Source of the DNA: an uncultured Candidatus Binatia bacterium
GTDB lineage: Bacteria; Desulfobacterota; Binatia; UBA9968; JAJDTQ01
Direction: 5' to 3'
Assembly: GCA_965242525.1 (NCBI GenBank)
Contig: OZ251459.1
Coordinates: 640,001 to 704,000, forward strand
Length of the DNA: 64,000 nucleotides
The translations under genes and the position numbers were made by a program. The notes beneath the pieces were generated by a model. That model ran no database searches, was not told where the DNA came from, and saw only the letters and a program-made list of their open reading frames with translations. Positions within the stretch are counted from its first letter, which is position 1; every line of letters starts with the position of its first letter. Below, in pieces: positions 57,838-64,000 of the stretch.

Positions 57838-58848
57838 TTACAGGGTCCGGCGCAGTTCCGCCGCGGCCGCGGCCAGCAGCCGGGCCTTGGCCAGGGCCAG
57901 TTCCCGGCTCACGGTCATGAGGCCGCAGTCCGGGGCCAGCAGCAGCTTCCCGGGTTGCAGGTACCGGAGGGCCTCGCGCACCCGGCCCACCACCGATTCC
58001 ACCGGCGGCGTCGGGACGTCGCCGGGGTCCACGCAGCCGAACATGACGAGCCGGTCCCTGCACATTTCCAGGACGGCCGGGTCGTAGTTGCTGCGGGCGA
58101 ACTCCACGGCAAAGCCGCCGATCCCGGTTCCGAGCAGCAACTCCAGCAGCTCGGGGTACTGGTACTCGTGCTGGAGGCCCTTGCCGCCGGGATAGCCGTA
58201 ACACAGGTGGACGATGGTGGGGATGGTGACCCCCTCGATGCACCGGTCGAGAGCCCGGGCGCCGTAGGCGGCCGCCTTCTCGTGGTAACGGGTCATGGCG
58301 GGCTCGTCGATCTGGACCACGTCGCAGCCCGCGGCCTCGAGGTCCCGCAACTCCAAGTTGATGGCCGCGGCCACGTCCAGGGCCAGGGCGGCCTCGTCGC
58401 CGTAGAACTCGTCGCAGGTGCTGTCCACCACGGTCATGGGACCGGGCACCGCCATCTTCACGGGCCGGTCCGTGCGCTCCTTGGCGAACCGGAGGTCGTC
58501 CACCACGGCCGGCGTCCGGCGCCGGACGGGGCCGTACACCCGGGGCACCTGGTGGACCTCCTCGCGCCGCCGATAGACCCCCTTGGCTTGCCGGTTCACC
58601 GTGTCCACGCCCTCCAGCGAGTTCAGGACGTGGTCGATGAAGTGCGGGCGCCGCTGCTCCCCGTCGGTGACCAGGTCGAGGCCCGCCAACTCCTGGTCGC
58701 GTATGGCCACCGAGGTGGCGTCGTCCAGGCCCTCCCGGAGCCGGTCCCCGTCGAGTTGGAAGGTGACCTGGCTGCGCGTGTGGGCGGCCAGCCATCCGGG
58801 CCGGGGAAAGCTGCCCACGGTGGTGGCGGCAATGGGCGGTAGCTGCAT
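57838..58848 (-). CDS. Single-domain cobalamin-independent methionine synthase II family protein
   Basis: VGSFPRP, TDGEQRR, QIDEP, HLCYG, PDCGL. Confidence 0.9.
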   Translation of the reverse strand: MQLPPIAATTVGSFPRPGWLAAHTRSQVTFQLDGDRLREGLDDATSVAIRDQELAGLDLVTDGEQRRPHFIDHVLNSLEGVDTVNRQAKGVYRRREEVHQVPRVYGPVRRRTPAVVDDLRFAKERTDRPVKMAVPGPMTVVDSTCDEFYGDEAALALDVAAAINLELRDLEAAGCDVVQIDEPAMTRYHEKAAAYGARALDRCIEGVTIPTIVHLCYGYPGGKGLQHEYQYPELLELLLGTGIGGFAVEFARSNYDPAVLEMCRDRLVMFGCVDPGDVPTPPVESVVGRVREALRYLQPGKLLLAPDCGLMTVSRELALAKARLLAAAAAELRRTL

Positions 58849-58900
58849 GGGAACCTCCGTTTCTGGCGCGTGACGGAGCCGGTGCGGGCCTCCGGCCGCG

Positions 58901-60181
58901 TCACGCGGGGTGCGGCGCCGGGGCCAAGCGGGGCCGCGGCGCAATCTGCATCACCAGGGCCGCGGCCAGGAGCGCCATGGCGGCGCCGGCCAGGAACGCG
59001 TACTGGTATTCCCCGAAATGGTCGTACACCACCCCGGCGCCGTAGGCCGCGACCGTGGCCCCGAGCTGGTGCGCGAGGAAGATCCAGCCGAAGATGCGCG
59101 CCACCGCGTGCCGGCCGTAGGTGTCCGCGGCAATGGCCACGGTGGACGGGCCGGTGGCGTACCAGTCGATGCCATAGACCGTGGCGAACAGGACCAGCCC
59201 GGGCAGGGTATCGACGAAGGGCAGCAGGACCAGCGAGCAGCCGCGCAGGAAGTAGGCTAGGGCCAGGACCTTGCGCGGGTCCACCCGGTCCACCAGCCAG
59301 CCCGCGCCCAGAGTGCCGACGAAGCTGATGCCGCCCATGACCCCCACCACGAGGCCCGCGGTCACCTTGGCCACGCCCAGGTCGTCCACCACGTGGGGGA
59401 TCAGGTGCAGGCCGATGAGCCCGTTGGCGGTCAGGCCGCAGACGAAGAAACCGCCGCTCAACAGCCAGAACGTAGAGCTGTGGAAGGCGTCGCGCACGGG
59501 CGTGGCCGACGCCTTCGGCTCGGGCCGGGCCGCGTCCGAGGCGCTCCCGGCGCCCGCTCCCCGGCCGTAGGGCTCCAGGCCCACGTGGGCCGGCTCGTCG
59601 CGCATCCACAGGGACACCATCGCCATCAGGCCGAAGGCGACCGCGCCCATGAACAGCATGCTTCCGCGCCAGCCGGTGCTGACGATGACCGCCATGAGCA
59701 GCGGCAGGAACACCATCTGGCCGGCGGCGTTGCCGTTGGTGAGGATGCCGATGGTGACCCCCCGGTGCTTCACGAACCAGCGGTTGGCCACCGCGGCCGC
59801 AAGCACCGGGGTGGCGCTGGTGCCGAAGCCCACCAGCAGGCCCCAGAACAGGAGGAGCTGCCACCACTGCTGGACCATGGCCGTCCCCACCAGACCCGCG
59901 GTCACCAGCCCCAGGGCGTACGCCACCACCTTGCGCACCCCGTGGCGGTCCACCAGCCAGCCTGCGGCCGGGGCGCCGATGCCGAACAGGAACAGGTTGA
60001 GGCTGCCGGGTCCCGACACCGCGGCCCGGGACCAGCCGAACTCGGCTTCCAGGGGGTTGATCAGCAGCGAGGCCGCGGAGCGGGTTCCCGCGGCCGTCAG
60101 GTTGACGCAGAACGTCAGCGCCACGACGACCCAGCCGTAGAAGAAGGGCGCCGCGATCGGCGGTTGGCGCCGCGTCACCAC
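58901..60181 (-). CDS. MFS transporter
   Basis: FFYGWVVV, GWLVDRHG.R, NRWF..HRG, HQLG. Confidence 0.9.
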   Translation of the reverse strand: MVTRRQPPIAAPFFYGWVVVALTFCVNLTAAGTRSAASLLINPLEAEFGWSRAAVSGPGSLNLFLFGIGAPAAGWLVDRHGVRKVVAYALGLVTAGLVGTAMVQQWWQLLLFWGLLVGFGTSATPVLAAAVANRWFVKHRGVTIGILTNGNAAGQMVFLPLLMAVIVSTGWRGSMLFMGAVAFGLMAMVSLWMRDEPAHVGLEPYGRGAGAGSASDAARPEPKASATPVRDAFHSSTFWLLSGGFFVCGLTANGLIGLHLIPHVVDDLGVAKVTAGLVVGVMGGISFVGTLGAGWLVDRVDPRKVLALAYFLRGCSLVLLPFVDTLPGLVLFATVYGIDWYATGPSTVAIAADTYGRHAVARIFGWIFLAHQLGATVAAYGAGVVYDHFGEYQYAFLAGAAMALLAAALVMQIAPRPRLAPAPHPA

Positions 60182-60190
60182 CGCGGGCCG

Positions 60191-61282
60191 CTAACCGAGC
60201 CGGTAGAAACGCCGGGCGTTGGCGTGCAGGATCGCAGCCTTGTCATCTTCCGTCAGCCTGGGGTTCTCGTGCAGTTCCCGGATCTCTTCCTTGGCGGTGG
60301 CGTGGTTCACCTCGTGGGGGAAGTCGGACGAGAAGAGGAAGGGCTTGTTGCCGGCCACGCGCACCGCGAAGGGCAGGGTGAGCTCGTCGCCCTCCACCCC
60401 CACGAATATCCGGTCGGATTCCACGTGCCTGAGGACGTAGTCGGTGACCGATTCCCCCTTCCCCAGCCGGAGGAAGCGTCCGTGGGGGTCGTACTGGACG
60501 TGGCTGCTCCAGGACCGCTCGAAGCGCTCCAGGCAGTTGACGAACCACGCGGCCCCGGCCTCCAGGAACCCGAAGCGGGCGTTGGGGTAGCGGTCCAGCA
60601 CGCCGTTGAAGACGATGCCGGCGAAGTTCACCATCTGCCCGAAGGGATGGCCCAGGGCGTTCACCGGCGCGTACGGGCTCATGTCGTCCAGGCCCATGTT
60701 GTCGTGGACGCCGCCGTGGATGCCCAGGGCGCATCCGAGCCGGTCCGCCTCCTCGTAGATGGGCCAGTAGCGCTCGTCTCCCAGGTGGTTCTGGAGTTGT
60801 CGGGCGCCGGTGCCCGGCAGCATGGCGCCGGCGAAGTGGAGCTCCTCGACGATGCGGCGGAGCTCCGCCGCCGCCTCCGCGGGCTCGTGCAGCGGGATGA
60901 GCCCCACGGCCTGGAAGCGCGGGCTCCGGCCGGTGTACTCGTCGTGGATCCAGTCGTTGTAGGCCCGGGCCAACTCGATGGCCCAGTCGCGGCTCACCAC
61001 GCGGCCGAAGGCCAGGCCGTTGGACGGATAGAGGACCGTGCGCTCCACCCCCACGTCCTCCAGGAACTCCAGCCAGCCTTCGCGCCCCACCTTGGCGAAC
61101 GCCCCTTCGGGCACGAAATGGCGGTTGGCGGCGTGGAGGTGGTCGTTGGGGGCGAAGGGACTGCGCATGGACCAGTTGCTGGCCCGGTACTCCTCGGGCA
61201 TGCGCCGCCAGATGGCTTCGTGGTCTTCCACCACGTGGCCGTCGCCGTCCACCACCGGCCCCTGCTCTCGTAACGTGCTCAC
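60191..61282 (-). CDS. Amidohydrolase_2 family protein
   Basis: DGDGHVVE, RAYNDW, IHGG, GVLDRYP..RFGFLEAG, FSSDFPH. Confidence 0.9.
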   Translation of the reverse strand: MSTLREQGPVVDGDGHVVEDHEAIWRRMPEEYRASNWSMRSPFAPNDHLHAANRHFVPEGAFAKVGREGWLEFLEDVGVERTVLYPSNGLAFGRVVSRDWAIELARAYNDWIHDEYTGRSPRFQAVGLIPLHEPAEAAAELRRIVEELHFAGAMLPGTGARQLQNHLGDERYWPIYEEADRLGCALGIHGGVHDNMGLDDMSPYAPVNALGHPFGQMVNFAGIVFNGVLDRYPNARFGFLEAGAAWFVNCLERFERSWSSHVQYDPHGRFLRLGKGESVTDYVLRHVESDRIFVGVEGDELTLPFAVRVAGNKPFLFSSDFPHEVNHATAKEEIRELHENPRLTEDDKAAILHANARRFYRLG

Positions 61283-61322
61283 GGTTGGCCTCCCGTCGGT
61301 CCGTTGCGCCCGGACCCCTCCC

Positions 61323-62450
61323 TCAAACCCCGGCCGGGGTCCTTCCCGCGGCGTCGCCTTCGCCCAGGCGGTAGAACCGCTGGGCGTTGCGGAAGAGGAT
61401 GGCGTCCTTGTCGTCCGCGGTGAGCTCGCCGTTCTCCTGCAACTCCCGCAGTTCGTGCTTGCAGGTGGCGGCGTCCACCTCGTGGGGATAGTCGGAAGAG
61501 AACAGGAACGGCTTGTTGCCCACCACCCGCACCGCTTCGGCGATGGACAACTCGTCGCCCTCGACCCCCACGAAGATCCGGTCCTCGTCGATGTGGCGGC
61601 AGATGTAGTCGGTCATGTCCATGCCTTCGCCGAGCCGGAGGAAGCGTCCGCGCGGGTCGTACTGCACGTGGCTGGCCCAGGAGCCGGTGAAACGTTCGAT
61701 GCAGGTCAGCAGCCAGGCGCAGCCCGCTTCCAGAAAGCCCATGCGCAGCCCCGGGAACCGGTCCAGCACGCCGTTGAAGACGATGCCGGCGAAACCGATC
61801 ATCTGGCCCATGGGGTGGCCCAGGGCGTTCACCGGCGCGTAGGGGGTCAGGTCGTCCATGAGCATCCCTTCGTGGCCGCCGCCGTGGATGCCGAGGGCGC
61901 ATCCCAGCCGCTCGGCCTCCCGGTAGATGGGCCAGTACCGCTCGGACCCCAGGTGGGGCATGTTGGCGCCGGTGGACGGCAGCATGCCGCCGCAGAGTCC
62001 CAGCTCTTCCACCATCCGGCGCAGCTCCTCGGCCGCGGCCCTGGGATCCTGCAACGGCAGCAGCCCCATGGCCTGGAAACGGGGGCTCCTGGCCACGTAG
62101 GTCTCGTGGATCCAGTCGTTGTAGGCCCGGGCCAGCTCGATGGCCCAGTCCCTGCTCACGATCTTGCCGAAGGCCAGGCCGGCGCTGGTGTAGAGCACGG
62201 TGGCGTCGATGCGCACGTCCTCCAGGAAGTCCTCCCAACCCTCCGGCCCCACCACCGCGAAGGCGCCCTCGGGGGTGTAGTGGCGGTTGGCCGAGTGCAG
62301 GTGGTCGATGGGAGGGAACGGGCTCTTGCCGCGGGCCTCGGAGAAGCTCCTGCCCACGTATTCCCGGGGCATGTGCCCGAGGATGGCGGGGATGTCCTCG
62401 ACCACGTGCCCGTCGCCGTCGATGATTCGTTGCGGATTCGCCGAGGTCAT
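61323..62450 (-). CDS. Amidohydrolase_2 family protein (tandem paralog)
   Basis: DGDGHVVE, RAYNDW, IHGG, FSSDYPH. Confidence 0.9.
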   Translation of the reverse strand: MTSANPQRIIDGDGHVVEDIPAILGHMPREYVGRSFSEARGKSPFPPIDHLHSANRHYTPEGAFAVVGPEGWEDFLEDVRIDATVLYTSAGLAFGKIVSRDWAIELARAYNDWIHETYVARSPRFQAMGLLPLQDPRAAAEELRRMVEELGLCGGMLPSTGANMPHLGSERYWPIYREAERLGCALGIHGGGHEGMLMDDLTPYAPVNALGHPMGQMIGFAGIVFNGVLDRFPGLRMGFLEAGCAWLLTCIERFTGSWASHVQYDPRGRFLRLGEGMDMTDYICRHIDEDRIFVGVEGDELSIAEAVRVVGNKPFLFSSDYPHEVDAATCKHELRELQENGELTADDKDAILFRNAQRFYRLGEGDAAGRTPAGV

Positions 62451-62588
62451 GTGCTTGCCCCCTTTGGAAACGGGATGGAGCGGTCGCGGACGCCGTCTTC
62501 CGGGATTATCCGATCCCCGCGGGCATGTCAAACTCGCCGGGAGGGACCGGCGCCCGGGGCCGGCGTCCCTGCGCCCGGGCGTCTCCTC

Positions 62589-64000
62589 TCACCTCTGCCC
62601 CGGCGCCCGGCCAAGGGTCAGCGAAAAGCCCGGCTTGCGGACATGGACGTGGTTCGCCTTCTCCTTGCGGGTGAGCTCCGCCACCAGCCGCGCCAGCGGC
62701 GTACCCGCGCCCAGGCGCTCCTTCGGGGCGCCGCCGTCCGGCAGGGCCTTCACCGCGTCCTCTCCGGCGAACACCCACAGCAGGAACTCCTCGTCGGACA
62801 CGTGGGCGGCGCCGAGCCGTTGCCGCACCTCCCGGATCGATGGCGAGGGCAGCTCCCAGCGCTCCCATTCCCTGGCCCTGGGGCGCCCGAGGATCCTGTC
62901 CTTGACCTCCGGGTCCATGTACTCGGCGCCCTCGCGGCCCCAGTATCCCAGAGCGTACTGGATGGCCTGGTCCGTCACTTCCCGGTAGCGTTCCCCGACG
63001 ATGACGTTGATGGCCGCCTGGGTGCCCACGAACTGCGACAGGGGCGTCACCATGATAGGATAGCCGAACTCCTTGCGCACCCGGACGCATTCTTCGAGGA
63101 TGGCGTCGAGCTTGTCGCGCATGTCGATGAGCGCGAGCTGGTGGCGGAAGTTGGAGATCATGCCTCCGGGCACTTGGTGGGTGTACTGGGACTCGTCGTA
63201 CTCTGCCACTTGGCCCACCGGCAGCCCGTCCCGCCTGGCGACGTGGTTCAGCTTCTCCGTCACCGGCCGCAGCGCTTCCTCGTCGATGAGGGGGTTGTGG
63301 CCCATGGCTCGGAGGTTTTGCGCCACGCTGAAGATGGAAGGCTGCGCCGAGCCGTTGGCCAGCGGCGGGATGGAGGTGTGCAGCGTGGTCAGGCCCATGT
63401 CCACGGCTTCGAGGTAGCACAGGGGCGCGAGGCCGTTGTTGCAGTGGGCGTGGAACTCCACCGGGGTGTCGCCGACGTTGTCGAGGACCAGGGGGATCAG
63501 GGTCCGCGCCCGCTCCAGGGTCAGCAGGCCGCCCACGTCCTTGAAGCAGATCCGCACCGGGTCGATGGCCGCGGCCTCCCGGGCCTTCCGCGCGTAGTAC
63601 TCGTCGGTGTGGCGCGGCGACACCGAGTAGATGAGGTTCACCACCGTGTCCATGCCGAGTTTCTCGAGAGCCTTCTTCTCCCGGTCGAACTCGTCGTAGT
63701 CGTTCCAGGAATTGGAGGTGCGGGTGAGGGTGATGCCGTAGTCCATCACCCGTTGGATCATGAGCTCGAAGACGCAGACCGGGATCTTCTCGATGAGCTT
63801 GAGCCCGCCGTGGAGGCGCAGCGGCGTCTTCCGGAACCGCTTCGCGCCCAGCCGGAACCAGTCCCAGGCGTCCTCCTTCTGCTCCCGCACGAGCTTCTTG
63901 AACATCACGGTGACGAAGAACTCGGCCGATTCGAACCCCGCCTCGTCGATGTGCTCCGCCACCGCCAGCATGTCGTCCGTGCGCATGTTCAGCGCCCACA
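62589..64000 (-). CDS. Pyruvate/oxaloacetate carboxyltransferase (PycB/OadA-like), 5' end outside window
   Basis: LW..NMRT, FKD.GGLL, HAHCNNG, HQVPGGMISN, GYPIMVTP.SQ.VGTQA; no biotinyl domain. Confidence 0.88.
   Translation of the reverse strand, partial: WALNMRTDDMLAVAEHIDEAGFESAEFFVTVMFKKLVREQKEDAWDWFRLGAKRFRKTPLRLHGGLKLIEKIPVCVFELMIQRVMDYGITLTRTSNSWNDYDEFDREKKALEKLGMDTVVNLIYSVSPRHTDEYYARKAREAAAIDPVRICFKDVGGLLTLERARTLIPLVLDNVGDTPVEFHAHCNNGLAPLCYLEAVDMGLTTLHTSIPPLANGSAQPSIFSVAQNLRAMGHNPLIDEEALRPVTEKLNHVARRDGLPVGQVAEYDESQYTHQVPGGMISNFRHQLALIDMRDKLDAILEECVRVRKEFGYPIMVTPLSQFVGTQAAINVIVGERYREVTDQAIQYALGYWGREGAEYMDPEVKDRILGRPRAREWERWELPSPSIREVRQRLGAAHVSDEEFLLWVFAGEDAVKALPDGGAPKERLGAGTPLARLVAELTRKEKANHVHVRKPGFSLTLGRAPGQR

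Noticed and set aside
60191-62450. ACMSD partnering nbaC
   Set aside because: DGDGH motif instead of HxH, and several genes away from nbaC.

Overview
High-GC bacterial chromosomal window. The gene mix (many ABC/MFS transporters, Mo-hydroxylase large subunits, amidohydrolases, UbiD) suggests a versatile heterotroph, possibly deltaproteobacterial/Binatia-like (inference only). It holds about 60 CDS and no rRNA, tRNA or CRISPR array. Standout features: (1) A family of about 12 MITE-like elements with 17-bp terminal inverted repeats (GGAACCTCTGAACAATC-like) enclosing a REP-like hairpin. Some copies have perfect 4-bp target duplications, and one demonstrably cut off the 3' end of exbB. (2) A second REP family (GTCATTCCCGCGAAAGCGGGAATCC) forming inverted doublets. 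(3) A low-GC candidate defence cassette at 51.1-54.7 kb: an orphan FitA-like RHH protein, an uncharacterised coupled pair (2-TM protein + Cas2/VapD-like protein), then McrBC with an apparently swapped N-terminal domain. (4) A Na+-pumping acyl-CoA decarboxylase operon. (5) Decayed accessory genes preceded by four 22-bp-periodic repeats. All product calls come from motif recognition by eye, not from database searches.
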